Positions 35,585 to 45,139 of a stretch of DNA of 64,000 nt are shown in pieces (position 1 is the stretch's first letter; every line of letters begins with the position of its first letter). Origin of the DNA: a virus (taxonomy: Duplodnaviria > Caudoviricetes); the IMG/VR virus record IMGVR_UViG_2811995368_000001, positions 1 through 64,000 of that record; one strand, given 5' to 3'. The notes below the pieces were generated by a model. It did no database searches. It was not told where the DNA came from and saw only the letters and a program-made list of their open reading frames with translations. Position numbers and translations under genes: made by a program.

Positions 35585-37267
35585 ATGACCAAGCGCATCC
35601 AACAGGATTACTTCAAGCGCGAGACTGCCGAAGTATCCAATTTCATCACCTCCCTGAAGGACAATGCCGCCCCCAGCGGCACCTTCGACAGCGCCGCCGC
35701 CGCCGATTTCATGGCGACCGCGACCAACCAAAGCTCGGGCATCAAGATCCCCGAAACCCTGCAAGCCGTCCTCGACGACTGCAAGGACGATGCCGAGAAG
35801 GAGCGCGTCACCCGCGCCATCCTCGACGGCGTGAAAATCTACGAAGAGCAGCACGGCATGAGCGTCCCCGCCGACGTGGCCGAACAAGCTCTGCACCTGG
35901 CCTACGCCACCTCCAGCGAAGCCAAGCGCAAGTACGGCGCCGCGCTGGATTCGGCCTCGTCCATCCATCACGACCAGGGTTCCATCCAGCCGAACCGCGC
36001 CGTGGTGTCCATCCTGACCACCTTCGCTGAAGCCATCCCGTTCGCGCACTACCTGCCGGCGGACATCGGCTCCAACGAAGCCAAGCTCGCCATCGTGAGC
36101 CACCAGGCCGGCAACACCTTCGGCGCTTACGCCCAGAACGACCTGCTGGACGGCACGCACTCCGGCGGCGCCTACGTCGGCGCGTCCCGCGTCCATACCA
36201 CCACTCCGGCGACCGCTGACGGCACCGTGGGCGGCAAGCTGACCGTCGGTCAAGCCACCAGCGACACCTGCGACCAGGGCGCCACCGGCGTCAAGCTGCT
36301 GCGTGGCCGCTCGCAGGTGTATGTCAATGGCGTGCTCGCCGCCCAGGAGCCGATCAACAGCTCCGGCTCCGGCAACTCGCCGGTCAATGGCAGCATCACC
36401 ATCGCGGGCACCACCTACGTGATCGGCGGCACCATCAACACCGACACCGGCGTGTATGCGCTGACCACGACCCCGAAGATGCCCGACACCATCCCCGTGA
36501 CGGTGGAAGGCTTCATCGACTTCGAGCGTGACCCGAGCGTGACCCCCTCGATCATCACGTCCGTCAGCACCTTCCCGCTGTATGCGGCTCCGTGGCGCGT
36601 CATTACCCGTCAGAGCATCGACGGCCGCACCCAGATGGCGAACGAACTGAACCTGGATCCGTACAGCGAAAGCATCATCGCCATCCAGAACCAGTTTGCC
36701 AACGAGCGCCACTACAACGTGCTGGCGAAGGCCCGCCGTCTGGCCGCGAACAACCAGTCCACCTACAACTTCGACTGGACGAACCGTTCGACGCAGCTCA
36801 AGCGCAACGACATCTGGCACGACTTCGGCGCGGCTCTCGCCAATGCGTCGCAACAGATGGCCGTCGATACCATGAACCACGGTATCACCCACCTGTACGT
36901 CGGCAAGGACATCGCTTCGCAGTTCCTGACGCTCGCCAACGACATCTTCGAGCCGTCCGGTATCGCCGTCCGTCCGGGCATCTTCCGCGTGGGCCGTCTC
37001 TTCGGCCAGTACGAGGTGTACTACACCCCGAAGGAAGTGGCCGAAACCTCCAACAGCGGCAACATCCTCTGCGTGGGCCGTGCTACCGACGTGGCGCGCA
37101 ACCCCATCGTCCTGGGCGATGCCGTTCCCCCGACCGTCAAGCCCCTGCTGGCCGGCGATGACCTGCGCGAAGGCGCCGGCTTCTACGCCCGCAACTTCAC
37201 GGCGGTCAATCCGCACGGCCCGTCTTCGCTGGGCTGCGCGACCATCAACGTGACCAACCTGCGCTAA
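35585..37267 (+). CDS. Major capsid protein, P1 gp23-like
   Basis: 560 aa, strong codon bias, AAGGA RBS, upstream of sheath and gp21-like genes as in P1. Confidence 0.8.
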   Translation: MTKRIQQDYFKRETAEVSNFITSLKDNAAPSGTFDSAAAADFMATATNQSSGIKIPETLQAVLDDCKDDAEKERVTRAILDGVKIYEEQHGMSVPADVAEQALHLAYATSSEAKRKYGAALDSASSIHHDQGSIQPNRAVVSILTTFAEAIPFAHYLPADIGSNEAKLAIVSHQAGNTFGAYAQNDLLDGTHSGGAYVGASRVHTTTPATADGTVGGKLTVGQATSDTCDQGATGVKLLRGRSQVYVNGVLAAQEPINSSGSGNSPVNGSITIAGTTYVIGGTINTDTGVYALTTTPKMPDTIPVTVEGFIDFERDPSVTPSIITSVSTFPLYAAPWRVITRQSIDGRTQMANELNLDPYSESIIAIQNQFANERHYNVLAKARRLAANNQSTYNFDWTNRSTQLKRNDIWHDFGAALANASQQMAVDTMNHGITHLYVGKDIASQFLTLANDIFEPSGIAVRPGIFRVGRLFGQYEVYYTPKEVAETSNSGNILCVGRATDVARNPIVLGDAVPPTVKPLLAGDDLREGAGFYARNFTAVNPHGPSSLGCATINVTNLR

Positions 37268-37294
37268 TCGGCCAGGCCGGAAAGGAGCACCAAC

Positions 37295-37915
37295 ATGACC
37301 AAGATCGTCAAGCTGGGCGCTCCTTCCCTCACGGGGAAGGACGCCAACCAACTCGTGGCCGAGGCTTTCGCCGACGCCAAGTACCCGCTCACCGTCACGG
37401 TGAAGAACCACATGCCCCGCGACGTGGTTTTCCCTGAGGTGCCGGGCCTGTTCCTGAAGCACGTCGCCCATGCCACGGAAAGCGTGAAGACCGTCAAGGT
37501 TGCCTCGCATGACCTGTTCCAGCGCGTGGCGTCGAGCATCGAGCAGATCGCCGAGCTGAACCGCTACAAGCTGGCCGTGACCATTTCCGACGGCGCCATC
37601 CCGACCGAGGCCGAGGGTGACGACGCTGGCGGCGAAGGTTCCGGCACGGGCACGGGCACCGGCGGCGAGGGCGACGAAACCATCGTCAAGAAGCCGTCCG
37701 AAGGTCTGTCCTACGACCAGCTCAAGGACGCGCTGAAGGCCAAGGGCATCGACTTCCAGGCCAACGCCAAGAAGGCCGACCTGGCCGCGCTGCTGGATGC
37801 TGCGCCCGCCGCTGTCGAAAGCGACGAGAAGCCCGCCGGTGACGCTGGCGGCGAAGGTTCCGGCTCTGCCGGTGACGCAAACGGCTCTGCCGACGGCCAG
37901 GCCGGCGGCGAGTAA
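37295..37915 (+). CDS. Structural protein with HeH/LEM-like domain in an acidic Gly-rich tail
   Basis: LSYDQLKDALKAKGIDFQANAKKADLAALL; AAGGAG RBS. Confidence 0.65.
   Translation: MTKIVKLGAPSLTGKDANQLVAEAFADAKYPLTVTVKNHMPRDVVFPEVPGLFLKHVAHATESVKTVKVASHDLFQRVASSIEQIAELNRYKLAVTISDGAIPTEAEGDDAGGEGSGTGTGTGGEGDETIVKKPSEGLSYDQLKDALKAKGIDFQANAKKADLAALLDAAPAAVESDEKPAGDAGGEGSGSAGDANGSADGQAGGE
37622..37864 (+). repeat. 24-bp direct repeat flanking the HeH domain
   Basis: GACGCTGGCGGCGAAGGTTCCGGC at 37622-37645 and 37841-37864. Confidence 0.85.
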
Positions 37916-37930
37916 GAGAAGGGAGAGGCC

Positions 37931-39628
37931 ATGAGTACCGCTTTCGTGCGACAACTCGGTGCGGAATCCGGCGTTCAGCTCAACCCGCTGCGCGACAACT
38001 CCGAGATTCCCGCCGGTGATAACTCCGACCAGGTGTTCGGGATCATGATGCGGGCCACTCGTGGCCGTATCGACAAGCCGTTCGCCGTGGATCGCGGCAA
38101 CGTGTTCAAGAAGCTGGGCAGCGGCGAGCAGATGCGCCTGTCCGCGCTCAACGAGGCGTGGGTGCATGTGGTGGAAGCCCTGAATAAGGGTGCCTACCAG
38201 GCCATCATTCAGCGCCTTTCGACGACTTCCGCCGCCATCAAGTGGCTGGTGGTGGCCGTCGAAATGACGCCCGGCGATGCCGAGGCCGTCCCGCCCGTGC
38301 TTCCGGCGCCGACCGGCGATTTCACCTACACGGTGATGACCGAGGATGCGTTCGAGGAACTGGAAACCCCGTTCCTGTTCGCCGTCAAGCACCTGGAATG
38401 CCACAACGACGGCATCCAGATCGAGTTCCGCGCCGAATCGGTGCAGGACGCCGGCCTGGATGTTGCCAATGACAAGCTGACCCTGCGCCTGCGCGACAAG
38501 GACGACAACCTGCTGTACGAGTTCTACGGCTCGCTGAAGGCCGATTCCAAGGACGACTACGGCAACTCGAACTACCTGCCCGACGTGGCCCAGTCCCAGA
38601 CCGATGCCGTCGAATTGCAGACTGGCGTCCTGGGTGCTGCTGCCGTCATCGCCGCCGGCTCCGAAGCCTACGGCTACGACACCAACGGACGCCAGCAATG
38701 GGCGAAGTCCGGCGTGCAGGTGTGCTTCTCCGAGGGTGGCACGGCCTACACCACGCAGGACTACATGGGCGCGCGCGAAAAGCTGCAATACACGCAGTTC
38801 GACTACGCCTATATCTCGTCCGGCGGCACGCAGGCACCGGCCTTGCTGGCGCAGCTCGCGCAACTGGCGTTCGACACGAACCGCCAGCTTCGCTTCGACA
38901 TCCCCGGCAGCCTGTCGGTGGAGGCGGCCATCGCGTTCGTCAATCAGCTCAACATGGGTGCCAGCCAGACCGCGCACCTGATGCACGCCTTCTGGGCGCC
39001 GCTGAAGAGCGACGACCCGACGGGCGTGAATCCCAACGGCTACATCGGCGCGGCGACGCTCAACATCGCCTACGCCTGCGGTCGTAACGCCCAGGTGAAT
39101 GCCAAGGGCTTCGCGCCGAAGAATTACCCGGTGGCGGGCCGCGAGTGGGCCATCCAGCGCACGAAGATTTCGCAGACCGTCAAGCTGCGCGACCAGGACT
39201 TGAACGCGCTCGCGCGGGCCAAGATCAACCCGGTGGTGTACGAAACCTACACCGGCGGCGGGCGCTACGTCTTCCGCGATTCGCTGACCTGCGCGCTGGT
39301 CGAATCCAGCCTCAAGAAGCTGATCGCGGTGGCGGATATGTCCACCAGCATCGACGAGGCCGTGACACGCGCCGCGAAGGACAACCTGCAACTGCCGATG
39401 GACATGGCGGTGAAGAAGACCAAGGACTTCCTGCAAACCCTCTTCGAGGGCGCGGAGGCGTCCAAGTGGATCGTGCCTTCCAGCGAGCCGGAAATGGGCG
39501 GCAAGGCGTTCGTGTATGACGTGCGTCCCAATGAAGTCCGGCCCTACGAGGACATGGACGTGACCTACGCCCTGCGCTACGACGGCACGAACCGCCGCAC
39601 CTTCGTGACGCAGACCTTGAGCAAGTAA
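37931..39628 (+). CDS. Contractile tail sheath protein (P1 gp22-like)
   Basis: RATRGRIDKPF, LARAKINPV...VFRDSLT, C-terminal sheath-like fold; 565 aa. Confidence 0.8.
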   Translation: MSTAFVRQLGAESGVQLNPLRDNSEIPAGDNSDQVFGIMMRATRGRIDKPFAVDRGNVFKKLGSGEQMRLSALNEAWVHVVEALNKGAYQAIIQRLSTTSAAIKWLVVAVEMTPGDAEAVPPVLPAPTGDFTYTVMTEDAFEELETPFLFAVKHLECHNDGIQIEFRAESVQDAGLDVANDKLTLRLRDKDDNLLYEFYGSLKADSKDDYGNSNYLPDVAQSQTDAVELQTGVLGAAAVIAAGSEAYGYDTNGRQQWAKSGVQVCFSEGGTAYTTQDYMGAREKLQYTQFDYAYISSGGTQAPALLAQLAQLAFDTNRQLRFDIPGSLSVEAAIAFVNQLNMGASQTAHLMHAFWAPLKSDDPTGVNPNGYIGAATLNIAYACGRNAQVNAKGFAPKNYPVAGREWAIQRTKISQTVKLRDQDLNALARAKINPVVYETYTGGGRYVFRDSLTCALVESSLKKLIAVADMSTSIDEAVTRAAKDNLQLPMDMAVKKTKDFLQTLFEGAEASKWIVPSSEPEMGGKAFVYDVRPNEVRPYEDMDVTYALRYDGTNRRTFVTQTLSK

Positions 39629-39668
39629 CCGCCACCCGCAAACCGTATAGAGGAAAGGAAGCAAAACC

Positions 39669-40358
39669 ATGACGAATCTGACTGAAATGCTGCGTGGCGC
39701 GCTCAAGCGCCCGGATCCCGCAGCCAAGAAGCCGGTGCTTGACGCCGCCGACGACGAACCGAGCCTGTCCGGCGCCGACGACTACACCATCGCCGACATT
39801 TCCGTGTCGGCGGTGGCTGCCGTCCAACAATGGGCGGAAACCGACGACCTGGACGATGGCGAAAGCTACGCCGACCGCCTGATGGCCCTCTTCGTGGGTA
39901 TCGCCGACGCCAACAAGGACGGCGACATCACCGAGGACGAGCAAGGCGTGCTGCAAGTGGCGCTCAACACCGCCTGGGACTACCTCGTGAAGTGCGGCGT
40001 GTCCGACGAGGACGCCGGCGCGCTGCTGAACGACTGGGATAGCGACGCTGCCGACCGCGTGCGCGACCTGGTGGCGTCCGTGCTGCCCGATGGTGAAGAC
40101 GATGCCGGCTCCGACATCGACGCCTTCGTGTTCTCGGACGACGACCAGGAAGCCGCGCTGGACGCCGCCTATCGCAAGAAGGTGGTCATCCGTGGCGGCA
40201 AGAAGGTGCGCATCAACAAGCGCATTTCCGGCCACGTCCGCCTGTCCGCCAAGCAGAAAGTCGCCATCCGCAAGGCGCGGATGAAGAGCCATTCCGCCGG
40301 GGCGATGATGCGCCGCATGAAGTCCATGCGCATCCGCCAGCGCGCGGGCCTGAAGTAA
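39669..40358 (+). CDS. P1 gp21-like protein (acidic N terminus, very basic C terminus)
   Basis: YRKKVVIRGGK...RLSAKQKVAIRKARMKS...RRMKSMRIR; DANKDGDITEDE EF-hand-like loop. Confidence 0.7.
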   Translation: MTNLTEMLRGALKRPDPAAKKPVLDAADDEPSLSGADDYTIADISVSAVAAVQQWAETDDLDDGESYADRLMALFVGIADANKDGDITEDEQGVLQVALNTAWDYLVKCGVSDEDAGALLNDWDSDAADRVRDLVASVLPDGEDDAGSDIDAFVFSDDDQEAALDAAYRKKVVIRGGKKVRINKRISGHVRLSAKQKVAIRKARMKSHSAGAMMRRMKSMRIRQRAGLK

Positions 40359-40386
40359 GAAGTTCTCCTTGCCATGATGGGGCCTT

Positions 40387-40423
40387 GGGCGCTGCTGCGA
40401 GAGCGGTAGCGCCCTCTTTTCTT
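40387..40423 (+). terminator. Intrinsic terminator of the capsid/sheath operon
   Basis: GGGCGCTGCTGC-GAGA-GCGGTAGCGCCC-TCTTTTCTT. Confidence 0.75.
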
Positions 40424-40425
40424 CT

Positions 40426-41247
40426 ATGCCGAACGTACCTATTCCCGGTTCCGTACCCAGCCTTACCGCTCCGGCCCTTGGGTCTTTGTGGGACGGGCTT
40501 TCGCCGCACCTGATCGCCAGCTTCTACGAGGTGGCGAAAACTGGCGAGAACTCGTGGGGGCAAATCCCAGATAAGACGGATCCCATCGTCGTTAGGGGGC
40601 CACTCGTCGATTCCAACCTTGAATCTGTTTTGAATTGGCAAAGCCCGTTCGAGCAGGCTGGGCCGGAATCGAAGGCTCCGGCATTGTTTGCCATGCTTCA
40701 GTCCGGCGCGCTTCAGCCCATCGTCGATTCGCTCAATCCATTCGCCAGCAAGAAGTCGGCATCGGATCCGCAATCACAACAGCAGGCCGAGACGTTTCTC
40801 AAGCAGTTCGAGGGCCGCACTGGCATCACGAAGCTGAACAGCACGCAGGTGTTCAACGGGATGCCGCCGGTGAAGATCACGGTCACTGTCTTGTTCCGTG
40901 CTTGGCGCGATGCGGCAAACGAGGTCGAGGCCCCGTTCAACAAGCTGATGGAGTGGGCATTGCCCATCGAACTTGCCAAGGACGGTTCATTGTTGTCGCG
41001 TGCCGCCGAAATGGCAAAGGGGACGATGGGTTACGTCGAGGCATTGCTTCCGTCGAAGTCGCCAACGCGGATTGCCATGAAATACAAGGGCAACCTCTAT
41101 TCCCCGCTGGTCATCGAATCCATCGGGATGCCAATGAATTCCCCCGTGGATGCGAACGGAAGATACGTCGAGCTTCTTGTTCCCATGACCCTCTGCACGC
41201 TGACCGCCATTGACCGCTCCGATTGGAAGCAGGTCAGCAAAAAATAA
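40426..41247 (+). CDS. Putative baseplate / tail-tube-initiation protein
   Basis: NWQSPFE...STQVFNG.PP...LFRAW...PLVIES. Confidence 0.6.
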   Translation: MPNVPIPGSVPSLTAPALGSLWDGLSPHLIASFYEVAKTGENSWGQIPDKTDPIVVRGPLVDSNLESVLNWQSPFEQAGPESKAPALFAMLQSGALQPIVDSLNPFASKKSASDPQSQQQAETFLKQFEGRTGITKLNSTQVFNGMPPVKITVTVLFRAWRDAANEVEAPFNKLMEWALPIELAKDGSLLSRAAEMAKGTMGYVEALLPSKSPTRIAMKYKGNLYSPLVIESIGMPMNSPVDANGRYVELLVPMTLCTLTAIDRSDWKQVSKK

Positions 41248-41256
41248 GGAGCCACG

Positions 41257-42030
41257 ATGATTTATTTCCCACCCCTGCGCACGCGCCGCTTGACGGTGCA
41301 ACTGCGCGAACTATCCATCGGCGATTCGCTGACCCTGGCCGCTATGCCGGGCCACATGGAAGAGGCCAGCACCACGGCCTTCCTGCGCTGTGCGGTCGAT
41401 GCTGCCAAGGTTGCCGTGGAAGACCCGGCGCGCTGGACGGTGCAGGAGCGCATCCTGGCCGTCTGCCACTACCTTTCCGCCACGACCGAGGATGGCCCCG
41501 ACTTCTCGCTGGGCGAGGGGCACTACTCTGATTACCTGCAAGGCGAGGCCGACATCCAGACTTCGGTGCAGGCCGTCGAGGTGGGCGAGGTCGGCGGCGA
41601 CACCTGGCATGTCCGCCACCTGACCGGCGCGATGGCTGAATCCATCGAACGCATGGCCGGCGAGATCGAGGGGCTTTCGGGCCGCCTGCATTGGCTCTTC
41701 GGCGCGATGGCCGCGCAACTGGTGCGCACCGGCGAGGAAGTGCCGGACGCCGCCGCCGGCGAGGGCGCATTCGACGAGTTCTTGCTGTCGCGCGTGATGG
41801 TGCTGAAGGGCTACCCGGAAAGCGACTTCGCCAAGCTGATGACGCTGTACCTCGAAGGGCGCGACAAGCTGCACCACTTCTTCAAGCTGGAATTCACCGA
41901 GGACGGCATCGTGGCTATGCCGAAAGGAGGGGCGGCGGGCAACCTGCCGCCGGCCCGATTTCCGGTTCATACCTGTCTCTCCCGAATGGCGCGCGAGCTG
42001 GTCGGAAAACCTGATGGGGACGGCATCTAG
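41257..42030 (+). CDS. Putative baseplate/tail assembly chaperone
   Basis: LRELSIGD...DPARWTVQER; late-operon position. Confidence 0.55.
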   Translation: MIYFPPLRTRRLTVQLRELSIGDSLTLAAMPGHMEEASTTAFLRCAVDAAKVAVEDPARWTVQERILAVCHYLSATTEDGPDFSLGEGHYSDYLQGEADIQTSVQAVEVGEVGGDTWHVRHLTGAMAESIERMAGEIEGLSGRLHWLFGAMAAQLVRTGEEVPDAAAGEGAFDEFLLSRVMVLKGYPESDFAKLMTLYLEGRDKLHHFFKLEFTEDGIVAMPKGGAAGNLPPARFPVHTCLSRMARELVGKPDGDGI

Positions 42031-42044
42031 CCTCACCCTATATT
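42004..42044 (+). promoter_or_regulatory. Putative late promoter 4 (before lysis cassette)
   Basis: CGGAAAA-N29-TATATT. Confidence 0.6.
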
Positions 42045-42241
42045 CATCCACATCACTTAACGACGCCCTGGCGATGCAGCCCAGCGTCGTCAAGCGGTTC
42101 TTCGAGGGAAGGCCGTTTGAGGATTGGAAAAAGGGAAAGGAAGCAGAGTTGAAAACCCATGCCGCAGCCGTTGATCGCCTGAACACCGTGATTCGCTCTA
42201 TCGGCAATCTCGGCAAGGTGCTTGCCCGTCGGAGGATGTAA
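42014..42241 (+). CDS. Small hypothetical protein (start uncertain)
   Basis: ORF filling the gap between the chaperone-like gene and the lysis genes. Confidence 0.5.
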   Translation: MGTASSLTLYSSTSLNDALAMQPSVVKRFFEGRPFEDWKKGKEAELKTHAAAVDRLNTVIRSIGNLGKVLARRRM

Positions 42242-42243
42242 AG

Positions 42244-42603
42244 ATGCTGGACGGACTTCCACCCGAACAGAAAGTAGGCGGCACGGCTGGCCTGATGTTG
42301 CTTGGCTTCATGATCCTGCGATGGATTGGTCTGCGCGTCAGCAAGGACGCCGTGACCCTCAAGGCCGATGCTTCCGACCGTGACGCCTTTACCAGGTTGC
42401 AGAAGCGCGTCGAAGACCTCGATGAGCGCCTTGCCGAGGTCGAGGCGGCGCGCAATCACATCTTCGGCTTCGTGACGAAGTGCATGGCGTACATCAGCCG
42501 CTGCGAGTGCGACGGCGTGGAGCCGCCGACGCGCGAAGAGTTGCAGCGCGACTACTACGACCTGATCCAGGGCATGACGGACAAATTCAAGAAGGGGGGC
42601 TGA
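42244..42603 (+). CDS. Single-TM coiled-coil protein (holin/antiholin candidate)
   Basis: N-terminal TM and coiled coil, directly before the endolysin; GGAGG RBS. Confidence 0.6.
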   Translation: MLDGLPPEQKVGGTAGLMLLGFMILRWIGLRVSKDAVTLKADASDRDAFTRLQKRVEDLDERLAEVEAARNHIFGFVTKCMAYISRCECDGVEPPTREELQRDYYDLIQGMTDKFKKGG

Positions 42604-42604
42604 T

Positions 42605-43213
42605 ATGGCGACGCCTGAATCCAAGCGGCTGATCCACGCCGACTTCCTGAAGGCGGCCCTGCTGCTTTCCGTTCCTGTGGCAGCGGTCAAGGCCGTCACC
42701 GAGGTTGAAAGCCGTGGCTCCGGCTTCTATGACGACGGGCGCCCCGTCATCCTGTTCGAGCGGCACATCATGTACCGCCGGCTGAAGGATGCCATCGGCC
42801 CGCAGATGACCGAGAGCTATGCCAAAAGCCACCCCGGCGTCGTCAATGCGACGCCGGGCGGCTACCGTGGCGGCGTCGCCGAGTGCGACCGCCTGGACGA
42901 GGCGGCAAAAATTCATCGAGCCTGCGCGCTTGAGTCCGCGAGCTGGGGCCTGTTCCAGATCATGGGCTTTCACTGGCAACTGCTGGGCTATGGCTCCGTG
43001 CAGGAGTTCATCAACGCCATGTACCGCGACGAGGCTGCGCAACTGGACGCCTTTGTGCGCTTCGTGAAGGCGAATCCGGCCATCTGGTCGGCGCTGAAGG
43101 CCCAGGACTGGGCGAAGTTCGCCAAGAACTACAACGGCCCGAACTACGCCGCCAACAAGTACGACACCAAGATGGCCGCCGCTTTCGAGCGGCACGATAC
43201 GGAACTCGCCTGA
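42605..43213 (+). CDS. Endolysin, N-acetylmuramidase (DUF3380)
   Basis: AVTEVESRGSGF...ILFERH...SASWGLFQIMGFH...FAKNYNGPNY...YD. Confidence 0.95.
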   Translation: MATPESKRLIHADFLKAALLLSVPVAAVKAVTEVESRGSGFYDDGRPVILFERHIMYRRLKDAIGPQMTESYAKSHPGVVNATPGGYRGGVAECDRLDEAAKIHRACALESASWGLFQIMGFHWQLLGYGSVQEFINAMYRDEAAQLDAFVRFVKANPAIWSALKAQDWAKFAKNYNGPNYAANKYDTKMAAAFERHDTELA

Positions 43214-43476
43214 TGGCGGAAAGGAACAGCGACATGGCGCTCAAGGATCTCATCACCGACTACGACGGCGAAACGCTGGAAACCGGACGGGTTGCCGCCA
43301 TCGTCGGCATCGTGGCCTTCATCGTCCTGGCCGCCTGGGGCGTGATCGCCCAGGGCAAGGACTTCGACATGCAGGCGTTCGGCATCGGCTTCGGCTCGCT
43401 GGTCGGTGGCCTGGGCGTGTATCTGATGGGCGACAAGAGCAAGCCCAAGGAGCACGCCGGAGGCGAGGCGCAATGA
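43213..43476 (+). CDS. Two-TM holin candidate (alternative start 43234)
   Basis: Two hydrophobic helices and a charged C terminus; between endolysin and spanins. Confidence 0.65.
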   Translation: MAERNSDMALKDLITDYDGETLETGRVAAIVGIVAFIVLAAWGVIAQGKDFDMQAFGIGFGSLVGGLGVYLMGDKSKPKEHAGGEAQ

Positions 43477-43898
43477 ACCCGCTCAACCCTTTGCTGTGGA
43501 AGGCGCTGGGCGTCATCGCCATGATCGCCGTGGGAATCGGGCTTGGCTACAAGGCTACGTCCGCTTACTACTCGCCCAAGGTGGCCGCCCTCGAAACGCA
43601 GCTCAAGGCGGCCAATGAGCGCGCCGATTCTTTCGAGCAGTCCTACAACGCCGTCGCCGTCGCCGCGCAGAAGCAGAACGACGAGCTGACCAAGCTGGTT
43701 GCACAGGCGCAGGAGCGCGAGAAGCGGGCGCAGGCCGCCGCCGAGAAGGCCAAGGCCGAATCTGCCGGCTACCAGGCGCAGGCCGCCGCCATCATGCAGT
43801 CCCAGCCGCCCGCCGGCGCAGACGAATGCACCGCTGCCGCCGCAGCGGGTGCCGCGTTCGACGCGGAGCTGAAAGCCGAGCGAGGAAAGAAACCATGA
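43473..43898 (+). CDS. i-spanin (Rz-like)
   Basis: N-terminal TM plus long coiled coil. Confidence 0.75.
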   Translation: MNPLNPLLWKALGVIAMIAVGIGLGYKATSAYYSPKVAALETQLKAANERADSFEQSYNAVAVAAQKQNDELTKLVAQAQEREKRAQAAAEKAKAESAGYQAQAAAIMQSQPPAGADECTAAAAAGAAFDAELKAERGKKP

Positions 43899-44170
43899 TG
43901 CACCGTATCCACTTCATCGCCATGCTGGCCGCCCTGATGGTGCTGGCCGGCTGCGCCACTCCCGCGCAGCGCGCGCCCGACGTGCAGCAGGTGTTCATCC
44001 CCACGCCGGTGCCGTGCAAGCTGTCCGCGCCCACGAAGCCGGCCTTCGCCGTGGATGCGCTGTCTGTCGGCTCTGGCGTCTTCCGGCAGATGTCGGCCCT
44101 GCGCGCCGAGCGCAAGCAGCGCCAGGGCTACGAGGCCGAGCTGGAAGCGGCCATCAAGTCCTGCCAGTAG
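43895..44170 (+). CDS. o-spanin lipoprotein (Rz1-like)
   Basis: Lipobox LAGC, Pro-rich, PVPC and C-terminal Cys. Confidence 0.85.
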   Translation: MMHRIHFIAMLAALMVLAGCATPAQRAPDVQQVFIPTPVPCKLSAPTKPAFAVDALSVGSGVFRQMSALRAERKQRQGYEAELEAAIKSCQ

Positions 44171-44173
44171 CGC

Positions 44174-44214
44174 GGAAAACTGCGCCGGGTGCAGGTCATG
44201 GTGTGCCATACAGT
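44174..44214 (+). promoter_or_regulatory. Putative late promoter 5 (before tail tube)
   Basis: CGGAAAA-N29-TACAGT, intergenic. Confidence 0.7.
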
Positions 44215-44253
44215 GAGCAGGTACGTCTCCATCCCCTACGAAAGGACAACGAC

Positions 44254-44754
44254 ATGACCGTTTCTACCTCTGCCCTTTTGAAGGGGCACTACGACGCGAC
44301 CCGCGCCTTGGGCGCCAAGGCTATTTCCAGCGACTTCTCCCTGGAAATCGAGGGCTTCGAGCAAAGCTGGCTGAAGTGCAAGCAGTTCCCGTGGCCGCAG
44401 ACCGCGCCCGCCGGCGAAATCGAAGTTCCGATGCCGCTGGGTTCGATGATGTACCAGGCCCAGCAAATCAAGATCGCCCACCAGGGCCAAATCTCCCTGC
44501 TGGAAGACGTGGCCGGCAGTGTCGATCAGATGCTGGTCAATCTCATCGCCAAGGGCGGCTACTTCAACGCCAAGGTGTATGAAGGCACGCCGCAGCAGTA
44601 CCTGCGCGTCAAGCGCATCGTCGATTGCTTCATCCAGGTGGATGACCCCGACCGCGACTGGGAGAACCGCTCGCAGGTGCTGATGATTACCGGCACGGCG
44701 TTCTTCCACTACTTCGGCGAAACCACCGCCGGCAACTCGAACGACTACCGCTAA
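44254..44754 (+). CDS. Tail tube protein (P1 BplB-like)
   Basis: LKGHY.A..ALG.KAISSDFSLEIEG; 166 aa, AAGGA RBS. Confidence 0.65.
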   Translation: MTVSTSALLKGHYDATRALGAKAISSDFSLEIEGFEQSWLKCKQFPWPQTAPAGEIEVPMPLGSMMYQAQQIKIAHQGQISLLEDVAGSVDQMLVNLIAKGGYFNAKVYEGTPQQYLRVKRIVDCFIQVDDPDRDWENRSQVLMITGTAFFHYFGETTAGNSNDYR

Positions 44755-45137
44755 TGGCAATGCTCTCCGCGCTGGCTTCGCAGTTCGCCACGCAAGAGCG
44801 GCCCGCCGGCAATCTGCTGGACGAGGAAACGGTACTTGCGCAAGCGATGGCGGCCACCCGGTTCTATGCCGGGTATGCCGTCATCCGCGCGCGCGAGGGC
44901 GCCGACCCGGTTCCAGCCATCGACGGCGACCTGGAAATCAACGAATCCGAGTGGGCGTTGATTCGCCCCCTGTTCCTGCTGTACGTCGAGCGCGAGACGG
45001 CCTTGCAGCTCGAAGCGTCGCGCGGCATGGGTGTCGATCCCTTCGGGCGCTCTGCCAGCGAGATTGCCGGCGACATCGCCCAGATCGAGGCGGAAATGCC
45101 GCATAGGGCCTTCTTCCAACCCATCCTGACGGTGTAG
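44754..45137 (+). CDS. P1 PmgG-like morphogenesis protein
   Basis: EWALIRPLF...LEASRGMGVDPFGRS.SE. Confidence 0.55.
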   Translation: MAMLSALASQFATQERPAGNLLDEETVLAQAMAATRFYAGYAVIRAREGADPVPAIDGDLEINESEWALIRPLFLLYVERETALQLEASRGMGVDPFGRSASEIAGDIAQIEAEMPHRAFFQPILTV

Positions 45138-45139
45138 CC

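Noticed and set aside
42000-42030. Programmed frameshift between 41257-42030 and the next ORF (G/GT-type chaperone)
   Set aside because: No canonical XXXYYYZ slippery heptamer, not adjacent to the tape measure, and GGAAAAC is explained by the promoter motif
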